In this document: positions 50,981 through 63,444 of the stretch, piece by piece
Numbering within the stretch: position 1 is the stretch's first letter
Layout: each line of letters opens with the position of its first letter
Source: Eutreptiella sp. 'Long Island Sound 2002'
Taxonomy: Eukaryota; Protista; Euglenida
Reading direction: 5' to 3'
NCBI GenBank assembly: GCA_964036045.1
Contig: OZ038378.1
Location: forward strand, 181,474,001 to 181,538,000
Length of the DNA stretch: 64,000 nt
Program-made: the position numbers and the translations under genes
Notes under the pieces: generated by a model
The model's input: the letters and a program-made list of their open reading frames with translations, nothing else
The model's database searches: none
Told to the model about the DNA's origin: nothing

Positions 50981-51014
50981 CTGCGGCAGAAAAAGTCAGG
51001 CACACATGACACAC

Positions 51015-51291
51015 CAGGAGGCACTGGCGGCGATGGCGCGGGCGGCGCAACCTCCACCACGTCCACGTCCGTAGCCTCCACGGGCTCGTGGCTCCCGGGT
51101 TTCGAAGGGGGAGTCGGCGCAGCCGCAGCGACAGTGGGTTCTGGCAACGCCTTCGGGACGACACCGCCCTTCTTCGTGATCTTGGGCAAGTTGAACCAGC
51201 TGAGCTTGGTCCCCCCGTCCGTGCCCTGCCCGTGATTCAGCACTTGTGGAGTCGAGCCCACGCGCCCCATGGCGGAGGTGGACTGCCGGGC
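51015..51291 (-). CDS. Pro/Ala-rich exon (ARQSTSAMGRVGSTPQ..KLSWFNLPKITKKG..PPVPP)
   Basis: ctctctcctcctctCAG acceptor, G|GTGTGT donor, GC3-rich codons. Confidence 0.7.
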
Positions 51292-51312
51292 CTGAGAGGA
51301 GGAGAGAGACCG

Positions 51313-51348
<36 letters not shown>

Positions 51349-51810
51349 TGCAGGCACGCACGCGCACGGACACACACACGCGCACGGCACACCCATACAC
51401 ACACCCATACACACACACTCCTTCATTTGCGCAAACTGCGCTCAACGGACTAAAACTGTGCGACGACCGCTCGCCGTTGCGGCATCACTGCCCCCGCAAT
51501 GTGTGTTTTGTTTGGCATGGGAAACGGGGCCAGTGGCTGCCGCCCACATGCCCAGTCCCTCCACATTTCTGCCTTCTTCCCCGGAAATGGCAGAGGGGCG
51601 TTTTCCTGCAGAGAGCCGGAGTTGTATGACTGTCGTTCAACCGATGCAGTGTGACCACGATCCTGTCACCACCGTACGCTGCGAGTGGCCCTGACCTCCA
51701 CCGGGTGTAGGTGCCCCTGTGGGCACTGGGCTGCACGCACAATGGTATGCAAGGTGTGTACCCCTCTCTGCTCCAACCCCTGAATAGATCCCAACCTTGA
51801 ACAGTCCCTG

Positions 51811-52743
51811 GGCAACCCCCCCCCGTTCCGGCGAGAAAAGCCCACCGTTCCGGCGCAACGTTCCGGCGAGCCGTTTTTTCAGCAAAAGAGGTTCCCGGTG
51901 CCCAGGATCTCAGTCCCAGGGCGCAAACACACCTTCCTTTTGGTTGTTCTGTAGTTGGAGTAATGTGGAAACCCAAAGCATCCCTCAATTTGCAAAAAAA
52001 AAATTTCATCTCTCGGTCTGTATATGGTTCCTGATCAGTGGTATGTCAGAATCTGCCACTGGTCCAGTGGTGTATGCACTGGTCTGCAGATTGCCAAGCG
52101 TGGATTCAAACCCCGCTAACCAGCCCCCCAAAGTCTCTTGCACTTTTTGTCACTTGGCTCTGATCTGCATCCAAAGCTGTCCTTTTTTTTTTCATGCAGA
52201 AACAAGGCTGAAAGAAATTTTGCAACGCGGTCATCTACTGTGACGGTTTTGACGGTTCTGCAGGCCTTGTTCTTTGGTTCTGGTTTGACTGGTTTGACTG
52301 GTTTGCCTGGTTTGACTTGTTGAACCTGAGCAGATGATGAGCCGTCGCGTTGTCCAGGTTCATCTCGGTGGGCTGCAACAGGGGTCTTGTCAAAGAACTT
52401 GTTCGGTTTGACAGAACGGACACAGAAATCACAGAAATTTCCCTCATCAACGTCAACATCATCTTCCCAATTCTGTTGCAATAACAGCTGCTCCTTCAGT
52501 TGCAGATCATGGAAATCAGTCATGGATGCCCCCTTGGAGCCACAAAAACAACATTTCAACATCTCTGCCAGTGGATGGACGAACAAAAGTGTTACTGGCA
52601 AAGTGGACGACAACGGTTGACAGTAGCAGCAAGCGTTTTCACTGAAAAACGTTGAGCCTCACAGAATCACAACGTTCCGGCAAAACGTTCCGGCAAGTTC
52701 CGGCAATTCCGGTGACCGGAACGGGGGGGGGGGGGGGGTTGCC
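51811..52743. mobile_element. MITE-like element, family A copy 2, carrying an extra Cys-rich ORF fragment
   Basis: TIR GGCAA-C9-GTTCCGG / CCGGAAC-G16-TTGCC. Homologous to 3185-3788 except about 52200-52630. Confidence 0.65.
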
Positions 52744-55055
52744 TGGGGAGGGCATGGCTGTTTGCAATGGTTGTAGCTCAGAAGTAGGATGGGCGATGGA
52801 TCCAGGGCCACAGCATGTTGAAGCCGCACCGCTTTTTTTCTTTGCCACTCATTGGTGCAGGAAGGCCTGGCCTGTTGATGGGCGCGGACAGTGGACATGA
52901 AACCTGGAGACCGCCCAAGGGGGAGGGGGAGGGGCTATGGCATCCGTATGGCCTTGGCCACGTGCAGATCCTATAAAGTCAGGGCTTCCCATGGGTACGC
53001 CACTGGGAACATAGCCCCCAGAAGCCTAATTTGAACAGTGCATGTCCTCCTTTCACGGCAGATGCTACTGCCCAAGTGAGAACGCCAAAGCTGCCGTTCT
53101 GGACCACGCATCCCCCAAACATGAACCACAAACTACCGGCCAAAGGCGAGCGTCAGCACCCTGCACCTCAGCAGAAGAAGCACCAACCACAGCAAAGCCC
53201 TTGCTCCTCCCCCTCGAAATGCCGTACCGTCCAGGAGACGCTTAGACATAAAAAATGTCACTGCCCCCATGGCGTCCATGCCCCTGCCATCGGCGGCGGA
53301 GGACGCCTGTGCAGTTGCTCTCAGCACCGTGCAAGAGTGCTGCCCCCCCCTGATGAGGTAGGAGGCGTAGCACAGAAGCCGGTCACCTGCGCTTCAACCG
53401 CCCATCTATACCTGCTCCCCTCGCTGGATGCCGCCTTTGTATTTTCCAACCCCAGGCATGGGGCAGTGTGTGTTTGCCAGCATATGAGTCAGGATAGCAA
53501 TGCCATGCCCGTGGCCGTGTTAGGATAAACATCCCCCTGGGAACTGCACCCTGCGACCAGGAAAATCAGGGGCTGGTGGGAATCAAATCCACCTCTTGCT
53601 GGGCAAACGCATCTACAGTCAGGCACCGTATCCGTTATGCTGCCCCAACCCCCGGATATCATTGCGAAATTTTGGTCACATCGAGAAGTGATTTCAGGAA
53701 TTTTGCTCACATTGACGAAATAATTTCGGAAATTTTGGTCACTGTGGGCAACCAGTATCCAAGATGCAACCCCAACCGTACGCCTCACCGGGAGGGAGAC
53801 GGATAAAACCCTACCTCTGGGCTGGAGGGAGACCGGCAACCCTACCCCTATCTGGGAGGGAGGGCGGACAGATAAAGCTTACCCCTAGATGAGTCACCCT
53901 ACCCCGAGCCAAAACGGAGGGTGGACAAGCAACGATGGGTAACCCTACATCTACCGCTGCTGCTAAGCTAGAGCTCCACGAGTAACCTACTGCTGGTTGT
54001 GAGGGGGAAGCAGCAAGCATGCAACATATTCAACATGCAAAACGAAGGTGTAAGAAGGAGATGGCCCACGGGCCTTCACAAAGTCGGTTATGCTCCCGAT
54101 TGCAGGATCACTGCACACGTGGCGTGCACTCCCCCGTCAGCATTGGCATGGCCTCATATGAGCCCATGGCCATGAGTGCGGAAAATGCTCTGATTCTGGC
54201 GACGTACCACAGGGTCGGGGTGGTCTGAGGGAGGGCCGGGGTGGTGTTCTGGAAGGGCTGGGTCGGGTACCGTGCGGTACAACGGGCGCCCAGTGTCGTC
54301 TGTTGTGCGGCCTGCTGCTGTTGCTCGAGGTTCTGTGTCTCTTGAGAACGGGGAGGGATATTGCAGTTTTTGGGTCAGAAGTGGAATGCAATCTCACCAT
54401 TGCAGCCATGGGACCCCAGGTCAAGGGGTCTATACCCCTTTGGGGTGGCACTTTCGGAGGGTGAGGGGCTGGGGTGAGGGTGCAAAGGAAGGGTGTCGCT
54501 CAACAGTGGCAATGCCATGCTGCAGGGGTGCCATTTGCATGGGAATGGGCATGCGTGGCAGACCTGGACCCGCATTGACGATCAGGTGGTGACACAATTC
54601 GTCTCGCGCACACAGCCGAGCACACGGCGAACACGCATGCACACGTGCAGGCTCCCACCAGCCGGCACGCCAACCGCCACTGCACAATGGTGGTCGCTTG
54701 GCCTTGTGACCCTGGGTGGCGTTTTTCCGGTTGTACGCTGGAAGGGGATGGTAATGGGGGGAAATTAGGAATTTTCAATCCACACAGAGGTTCCATATTT
54801 GACTGCGCTATAACCGTAAACTTACGACGTTTTTGTTCAGGGTTTCTGACCCCCCAAGGTGCAATTTTCCGTGTTTCGCACCGACAATCCATCCCTGTAC
54901 CATGGGGTGCTAATTGTTGCGTCGCGTGCACCACCATTACGGCTCTGACCCTGCAAACAGTGCACCCCAAGGAAGCAGCAAAAGGCACGCCTGTCTGGGC
55001 GTGAGGCACCCGTGGCCAAGCAGGTGGCAGATGCATGTGGGGCGGCGCGCCATAC

Positions 55056-55232
55056 CTGCTGCTCCCGGCGCTCAAATATCTGCCTCTGCAGCTTCAGCAT
55101 GCACTGCTTGCACCGCAAGGTCATGGCCGGCTTCTCACACATGCACTCGGGACAGCAGTGTTCCACGCAGTACATGGAGTTCGGAACGGCCCGAAGTGTG
55201 CAGATCAACCTCATCAGCCGCGGGTGCATGAG
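55056..55232 (-). CDS. Zn-finger exon C (LMHPRLMRLICTLRAVPNSMYCVEHCCPECMCEKP..CKQC..REQQ)
   Basis: CAG acceptor, CAG|GTATGG donor, 59 codons. Completes C-x11-C-x10-C-x2-H with exon B. Confidence 0.8.
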
Positions 55233-55512
55233 CTGTTGAATCACGAGGGGGCAGCACTGAAGGCAGGCCACTGCAGCGACAAATCCCTGGACCCTGACTC
55301 CAGGCCAACGAACTCTACCTCTCCCACACAGACAAGGGGCAACCCGCAGCCGCATCGCTCCATCCCGATCGGCGTCGCCCTCGCAATCCCCATCGCCATC
55401 CCCGTCATCATCCGCTGGCGTCCTCTCCATCCCGTCCTGTTCCTCATCCGCGTCCCCATCAGCCCCACCCTCCCCCCTCTCCATCATTATCACCGTCTCC
55501 ATGGTGTCTGCA

Positions 55513-55735
55513 TGTTGTTGCTGCTGCTGTTGTTGTTGTTGCTGCTGCTGCTGCTGTTGTTGTTGTTGCTGCTGCTGCTGCTGTTGTTGTTGTTGCTGCT
55601 GCTGCTGCTGTTGGTGTTGTTGTTGCTGCTGTTGTTGTTGTTGTTGTTGCTGCTGTTGTTGTTGCTGTTGTTGTTGTTGTTGTTGCTGTTGCTGTTGTTG
55701 TTGTTGTTGCTGTTGCTGTTGTTGTTGTTGTTGCT

Positions 55736-55766
<31 letters not shown>

Positions 55767-55769
55767 TTG

Positions 55770-55814
<45 letters not shown>

Positions 55815-55844
55815 TTGTTGTTGTTGCTGTTGTTGTTGTTGTTG

Positions 55845-55913
<69 letters not shown>

Positions 55914-55926
55914 TTGCTGCTGCTGC

Positions 55927-55980
<54 letters not shown>

Positions 55981-56016
55981 TGTTGTTGTTGTTGTTGCTG
56001 TTGTTGTTGTTGTTGC

Positions 56017-56056
<40 letters not shown>

Positions 56057-56073
56057 GCTGCTGCTGCTGCTGC

Positions 56074-56126
<53 letters not shown>

Positions 56127-56139
56127 CTGCTGCTGCTGC

Positions 56140-56191
<52 letters not shown>

Positions 56192-56223
56192 GCTGCTGCT
56201 GTTGTTGTTGTTGCTGCTGCTGC

Positions 56224-56260
<37 letters not shown>

Positions 56261-56373
56261 GCTGTTGTTGTTGTTGCTGCTGCTGTTGTTGTTGTTGTTG
56301 TTGTTGCTGCTGCTGTTGTTGCTGCTGCTGCTGCTGCTGTTGTTGTTGTTGTTGCTGTTGCTGTTGTTGTTGC

Positions 56374-56413
<40 letters not shown>

Positions 56414-56440
56414 GCTGCTGCTGCTGCTGCTGTTGTTGTT

Positions 56441-56493
<53 letters not shown>

Positions 56494-56506
56494 TGTTGTT
56501 GTTGTT

Positions 56507-56564
<58 letters not shown>

Positions 56565-56588
56565 CTGCTGCTGTTGTTGTTGTTGTTG

Positions 56589-56646
<58 letters not shown>

Positions 56647-56648
56647 TG
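55513..56648. repeat. Mixed (CTG/TTG)n = (CAG/CAA)n array, about 378 triplets, intronic
   Basis: Directly visible. Lies in the inferred intron 55233-56755. TAA at 56591-56589 in the Gln frame. Confidence 0.95.
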
Positions 56649-56755
56649 TCTCGCGGTTACACCTCAGTCCCCATCGCCGTCGCCATCCCCCTTCCCACCC
56701 TCACCTTGCAGCCCATACACAAGCCTGCCTACTGGGTGCTCACGACGCCCAGCAC

Positions 56756-56906
56756 CTGACAACGTCCGACGTTGAATTGCTTCTCCGCTGCCGTCGCTGC
56801 CGCTGCACTCAAGGCGAGCGCCGCCAACGCACGCATGAGCGACGGGATGCAGCGCTGGGCCTTCTTGCACCTGCTGCACATGTTCTGGGTGGTGGATTTG
56901 TCGCAC
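56756..56906 (-). CDS. Zn-finger exon B (CDKSTTQNMCSRCKKAQRC...FNVGRCQ)
   Basis: CAG acceptor, CAG|GTGCTG donor, phase 2 to 0. Confidence 0.75.
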
Positions 56907-57183
56907 CTGCACAGGGGAGGGAGTCACAGAGTACGCCCCGCTCTCTCCTCGTACCAACCCATCTCCGAGCGGCTTCATTCTTCTCTCTATCTTTGCTCTT
57001 CCCTCCCTGTCCCCTCTTTAGCTCGGCCTCCTCCCCAGTCTTCTCTCTCGTCTCTCGGCCACCTTCTGCCTTCGGCCCCATTCTGTGCCCTCTTCCCCCG
57101 TGGATTCCAAAAAATTGAAAGTGCGGGGGAGGGGCATTGGGGCCCCGTTTCCGGACCCTTCCCCAAAAGGAGAACGAGGCCCT

Positions 57184-57253
57184 CGACCCCGCCTGTGCAA
57201 GCGCATTGTGCACTGCGTCGACCCCGCCTGTGCAAGCGCATTGTGCACTGCGT
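57184..57253. repeat. Exact 35-bp tandem duplication
   Basis: cgaccccgcctgtgcaagcgcattgtgcactgcgt occurs twice. Confidence 0.95.
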
Positions 57254-57717
57254 TGATGAAATGCTGATCACCCCAGCCCCCAACCAAAATGTACCCCAAA
57301 TACCATTCCAACCCCAACTGCCAATCAAATTCCAGAGCGCCCCTCAGTGTGTTTGGGAGACGTGTGGGAAGGAGGCAATACTTGTGCGGCACTGCAAAAT
57401 CATGCAAAATCATGCATGCGAAAACCTTGTGTCCATGTTACCAGCCAAACGAAAACTTCTCTTCACACCTGCATGAATTGTAGGCCCCGCAATTCAAAAG
57501 CACGGCGTGCTAGCCCATCGGACGGTGGCTGGGGGACGGCCAGTGGCGGGAAAGATTTGTCCATTACTTCAAAATGGCCTCCTGGTGCGTCCACTAGTGC
57601 TGCACAGGGCAGATGATCATGCGAATGCATGACTTTGGGCTTTTTTTTTTTGCTTTGCTTGCTGGCATTTTCTTGCATTACTATCCAGCCAACAATCTGA
57701 CGTTGGTCGGCAGGCTA

Positions 57718-57907
57718 TGTCAAGGGCTTCTCAAGGGCTTGTCAAGGGCTATGTCAAGGGCTTGTCACGGGGTTGTCAAGGGCTTGTCAAGGGCTTGTCA
57801 AGGGCTATGTCAAGGGCTTGTCAAGGGCTTGTCAAGGGGTTGTCAAGGGGTTGTCAAGGGGTTGTCAAGGGGTTGTCAAGGGCTCTGCCAAAGGCTTGTC
57901 AAGGGCG
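57718..57907. repeat. 11-12-bp minisatellite (TGTCAAGGG[C/G]T)n, about 17 copies, intronic
   Basis: Directly visible. Confidence 0.92.
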
Positions 57908-58015
57908 TTCGTCTTTCTTATACCTGTGTCCGGTATCCACTGCAGCACACAGAGCATGTGTGGGTCGTGCTCAGCCCCTCCCAATGCCTCGCCCTCTCAG
58001 AACGGGACGCAGCAC

Positions 58016-58577
58016 CTGTAACATACGGGGCACGTATGCCCAACACAGAATTTGGAGCCCGGTTTGGCTGCCTCCCGGCATTGCCGATCGGGGGCCAGCG
58101 GGTGCCGCCGCTGGCACTTCTGCACGCGAATGGGCCCCGGCTGCGCAGGTGTCCAGTCATTGCTGGCCCTTGGGATCACAGCGGCTGGGGCCGGGGCCGG
58201 AGCCGCATGCGGGTCTCGGGGCTGGGGAGTGTAAGTGAAAGTGCTGCTCATCGATGCAGCCCGCACTTGAGCGGGCTCAGCGTCGGCCGTAAGGGCGGGG
58301 GGCGCTTTACGCCCAAGGGTCGTGGGGCCGACCATGGACGTGGGCGGGGAGCGAAGGGGTGCCGCGGGCGATACCGGCGCAGGGCTCGGCGGGGGGTACT
58401 GCACTGTGGGGGAGACAGAGGTGAGGTACGCGCCACGGGCCGCAAGGGACACCTCGGGAGGGTCGTACCATGGAGGCGTCGCAGGGGGAGGTGTCTGAGA
58501 GCCGGAAGGTGCGGGTTGAGGGGCTAGAGATGGGGAGGCGATAAGCCCCGGGGGGGGACTGAAACTGATGTCTGCAC

Positions 58578-58612
<35 letters not shown>

Positions 58613-58740
58613 GCTGCGGCTGCCTCTGCGTCTGCAGCTGCGGCTGTGGCTGTGGCTGCATCGGTGTTGAAAGGGGTCAACTCATCGCCATCATCGAGCG
58701 GTTCTGCGGTGTGCATGCGGTCCGATGATGCCTTGGGCTC
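58016..58740 (-). CDS. Exon A: Ala/Asp/Pro-rich linker plus Zn finger (KCQRRHPLAPDRQCREAAKPGSKFCVGHTCPVCY)
   Basis: attttcaCAG acceptor, AG|GTGCTG donor, phase 0 to 2. The 5' boundary could lie further upstream (ORF open to 59010). Confidence 0.75.
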
Positions 58741-59943
58741 CTGTGAAAATGTAGACGGTGCCTGCGTAGGGGCAGCGGCAGGCGTAGCGGTCGGTCGTGT
58801 GCCTGGGCACAAGCTCGTCTTTGTGACCCCCCTCCCCTTTACCCAGGGCTTCCGGGTGTTTGTCACACAGTCACCGCGGTAGACCCAGTGCTCGGGTCCG
58901 GGAATCCAAAATGGTGTGCGTGGGCACACGGCACGCACACTGACCACTGTACCGCGATGCCCTTTTCGCGGCGTGCGGGCTGTGCTGTGCTGTGCGGTAA
59001 AGCAGTACAACGCTGTAGCCCCACCAAAAGAGGAAGGCTAAGCTACAATACTAATTCCCAATTGCCCCCTTCACTTGCACCAACGCCGAAAGGTGGTGAC
59101 CAAAAGCCGACTCCCCCTTTGGGGTATGGGAGGGGTTGCATGCCAATGTCGACCCAAGTCCCTTTTCGGCTTCTAGGCTAGAGGCCACGCCGGTGCAACG
59201 AGGGGCACCTGAGGCAGCGTGCAGGGGTAGCCCCTGCGGTAGGGTGCACTTCTCGACAAGCGCAGTGAGTCTGCTTGCCGCCGACCCCTGCCAAACCACT
59301 TACGCTGATGGTGAATGCAGCTCCTGGCACCAAACATTCATCGGAGCACTTCCATCTGTGTGTGGCAGTGGGCGACAGACGGTGCGGATATCAGGACTTT
59401 TCTTGCCGGTGGTGTTGCTGCCAGTATTTCTGTGCATGTGTTTCAGGGGATCATGCAAGTCAATCCTCGATGCTGCTCTAGGGCCCAGACCACCGTTCAT
59501 TTGTGGATCAGTGAGATCATGCGGTGCTTCCACGACCGCCTTGTGGTTGTGGAGGACCGTAGGTGTGCTGTCGCATGTGCACCTCCACTGTGCCGATTTG
59601 CCGCTGTGCCGCGATGCTCCGGGATCTTGTGAGTTGCTCTCACGTCCTCTGAAGTGGGGGCTGGACTGCTTTGCGGCCCTGGTCCGCGGACATGCCACCG
59701 CCCCCTACGGACTGCCTGCAAGGCGTTGGGAGGGTGCAGCGGTCCGTGTTGCGACCGCTGCACTACCACTCAGGCATTACCCCCTGCCTCTTCTGCCACA
59801 GGGACTCTGCCTCGGGCACAGAATACTGCCTCATGCTTTAGACCCCGCCCACTTGCTCCAGCGCGGCACTGTGCCCAATGAGCACGGAGCAGGGATGCAT
59901 CAGAAGGGACCTCAGAGGCGGCCCCAGAGGCGGTTAGACAGGC

Positions 59944-60095
59944 GGTGGGAGGAGGTTGCCAAAGCGGTTGGGGGGCTGTCGGGTACAAATGCCATTGAGC
60001 CTGGCACTTGGCGTCAGGGAGACAGTGGCTGGGCATAGGCTGAGCGCCCTGGAGGGGTGGGGGGGATCTCCCCCCCCTTCCAAGGCATCCCTGGC
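59944..60095. repeat. Dispersed repeat family E copy
   Basis: Homologous to 50171-50300. Confidence 0.75.
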
Positions 60096-63000
60096 AAGGA
60101 GCTGGGGCGATACCTGAAATTCCGAATATGGAGGCGGATCGTCAAGGTCGTCTAGAGGCGAAATAGCAGCACCGTTGGTGCACAACGCATTGCCAGAATA
60201 GCCACCTGCTCGGTCCTGAATGATCAGATGTCGGCACATAAGCGAGCAGAGCACAGAGCAAAATCGAGCAAGGGTAAGAGGGAACGAGGGGTGGGGAGAC
60301 AGTTGCGAAAAAAGTGGGGGGGGGTAAAGGAATGAGGGAGTGAGGGAATGCATGCGCGAGGGAATGCATGAGGGAAGTAAGGAGCAAGGAAGGGTGGGAT
60401 GGAGCAGTAGAGAGCAACAGGAGTTGGAGTTGGAGTTGGGGCAGAGCACATGATACGGTGCACAAACCACCTGCAGAGGCACTGCTTCTGTGACTGTTGT
60501 TTGGACTTCATGATATACCGACACGATACCGTGGCATCTGTGCACTCTCTGTCCAACTCCTACCACACAACCCCCAACCTTGCATATGGCTACCAGCCTT
60601 GTGGCTTGCCCCTTTGTACCCCCGTTGAGCAGCACGAACAGGCACAAGCATTGGTATGCGATTCATTCATTGCGTGTCTGGACTTCGAGTCTCCAGCCCA
60701 TTGTATGTGTTGCATCTTGTTCTCATGATGCTGTTCACCACATCTCTTTCCCCTTTGCACTTAATCATTTGCTGCCAAGGCTGCCACCCTGGCTGCTATC
60801 CTTGGTCATGCCACGGCTCTGGCTTGCCTTTCCCATATGGCCTCGGTACCATACAACTGTGCCAATCCTAAGTTTTTTTTTCTCTACAAAATCTTAAGCC
60901 TCGCGGTGCGTGATTCCATTTACCAAAAATTTTGCAGAGCGCTCCAAAAATGCTAACAATCATTTTACCTTTGCCATCTATTGTTGTGAAATTTCATTAA
61001 CAAAGGGACATAGGATGGGGGCTGTCCACTGTCCTGCCAAAAAAATCACCTTGCAAAATGCGTTGTGCAGGGCATGCAGTGGCATGGCGCTGACAAATCT
61101 TCCCCCCCCCCCCCCTCTCTCTCTCTTTTTTTTTTTGTTTTTTTTTTTTTTTGCTTTTCTTGCTTGCTGTGGCGTATTTTTGACCCCCTAGAGCCAGGAA
61201 TTACTCATCATTTTGCGTAAATAACTAGGATTGCACGGTACTTGATTCTTCTCGAGGGAGGATCAGGGCTGCTGAGGACTGTTGACGGTTGTTGAGGGTT
61301 GTTGGGAGTCCCCGAGCATGGTAACTGCCGACAGTTGAGCACCAACAAACGTCGTCCAACCGCCAACAACCAAACCGCCATCCTAAACGTTCCTCAACAA
61401 ACAAAAAAAAAGAGAGTCTTGTTCCTTATGAAAACGGATCCGAGGACTGTTGGAGGAGAAATGTTGGAGGTTGTTGAGGGGTGCTGAGGGTTGCAGTGGG
61501 TTTGGCGGGTACCGAGTGATTGTTGAAGGTTTGCGGAGGTTGTGGAAGGTGGGCGAAGACCCAATGAAAAGTGTTGTGGGCTGTTGAGAGTGGTCGAGGA
61601 TGGGTCGAAGGCGATGCGGGTTGTACATATCGGCCGAGGGTCTGTGACGGAGAGCAAACAAATTTGTCAACGGTCTCACATTTTAGAGGTTCATGAAGAT
61701 TGAGGCACTTTGAACGTTAACCGAAAGGGAGGTGGCACGTTGATGACAACGGTGGGACAGCCTGAGGTCAGTTTCATGATGCCATACCATTGCATGGTCG
61801 CCGCCTGGGGTTGTCTGCAGTGCCGGCGATGGAAGGCCTGCGTGAGATGGGAGACAGCGCCGATGGTAGATTGCCCAACACATAAACATGCAGGTGCAGA
61901 TACAGGCGCGCTCACAGGCGTGGGTGCCTGCACAGGCACGGCGCGCGCATGTGTGCACAGACGCCAGGACACAGGCTGCAAACACAGGCTACACTGGCGG
62001 AATCTCATCAGGCCGATATTAAAACAATCTCCACCAGTCAGAAATAGTTACCAATACACGACTGGACTTTCCGTGGAGAAAGGCGGAGCATCTCATGTTG
62101 AACAAAGGAATCCATTACCAGAGTGCAGCTCTGCCCATGTGGCCATTTGGCACGGCCAGGAGCAGCACACAACAGTGCAGAAACAGGGGAACATGCAACA
62201 CGAAACAACAACCACAATTCAACGGCCTAACTCCTTGTGGACTTGCTCAGGGGAGGGGACTCACTTGATGCTCTTAGCTGTAGCACGTTCCCGCTTTTAC
62301 ACTGAGAAACTGATATACTGAGAAACAAGAGTGGAGGGCATAATCTGGACGAAAAATGGAGCATCAATTGTCCACCAATTTTTGATGTGGCTAGGTAGCA
62401 TCTTTCTACAAAAGTCCTTTGGCCTTGGGGCGCCTAGTACCATCGCTCTACAGCAACCTGCTTCCTAAGTGCACCTACGTGCTCTACAGCGTGGGCATCT
62501 CTCCTTCGGTTGCGGTTTGGACGCAACATAGGTTCAGGTTTGGGTGCTACTTCGACTCATTTTCAATTGAGAGGAACGGCCCCTCAGCCAGTGTACTCTA
62601 AAAAAACACACATGCACTGTGCAAAGAGGTGGATTCAAGGACAATGACATATTACGATTATTGTAATTATGGAAGGGGGAAATAAGGAAATAAAATAAGG
62701 AAAATTACAGCAAATTACAGTGAAAATTACATGGTGCACTCCAGGGTTTGTGCAACCAAAAGGGTTGCCACAGCTCCCACCCTCACCATTTTGGTGATGC
62801 TACCGCATGTGCCGTTCAGTGGAGTCCTGCCGTTTGGCTTTTTTTTTGTTTTTGGTGAGTTTCTCGGCATGGATAGCGTACTTGTCGGCGATGGTCAAGA
62901 TGTGCAAATTGCGCTGCCCAAGATTTTCTCGTATGGCGGGACCTTGGGCAGCAATGGCATGGCCTAGAAGCGTTTATGCACATCCCAATTAACATAGTGG

Positions 63001-63444
63001 GCAATTGCACGTCGTATCTTAGGTCCAGTCGTGGCATGGGTGAGATCATCTCCAGGAGTGCGAAAAAAATCGCGAACAATATGAAAATGCCACTTCCATC
63101 TGCTGCTGGAATTATTCCCGCGCTGCAGGTCCACAGGGGAGGAGCCCGCTGAGTGTATACGTCTCGTCAGGCTGCAAACAACAAAAAATGCACGACTTGG
63201 CGCCTTTCTATGACAATTGCAACATGGTAGTATTCCCTTTGGCAATAGGTGGTGTCTATTTTCAGGCATACGGACAGCATGAATGTAGAAGAGAGACTGA
63301 TGTAGGGAAGGCCAGAAGGCTCCTGCAACAGGCTCTAACAAGCAGGCAACACAGGCAGTACCACGAATGAAAAATACAAACGAGGTACTGACGAAGAGAG
63401 TGTGTCTTCGGCATCCGAGGGTGCCTTTCTAGGCCTATACTGCG

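Noticed and set aside
53031-53528. Plus-strand 165-aa ORF that looks protein-like
   Set aside because: It has no domain motif or splice support and is antisense to the surrounding exons.
54620-54960. Possible euglenid-type non-conventional intron (GTACAG...CTGTGTG) joining ISTP to CARRIVS
   Set aside because: CTG is off the expected position, only about 4 bp of end pairing is present, and there is no independent support. All well-supported introns here are GT-AG.
55035-56775. Poly-Leu (574 aa) and poly-Cys (424 aa) plus-strand ORFs, and a constitutive 380-Gln protein
   Set aside because: The plus ORFs are antisense readings of the triplet array. The Gln frame has stops at 56664 and 56591-56589, and removing the array restores finger spacing.
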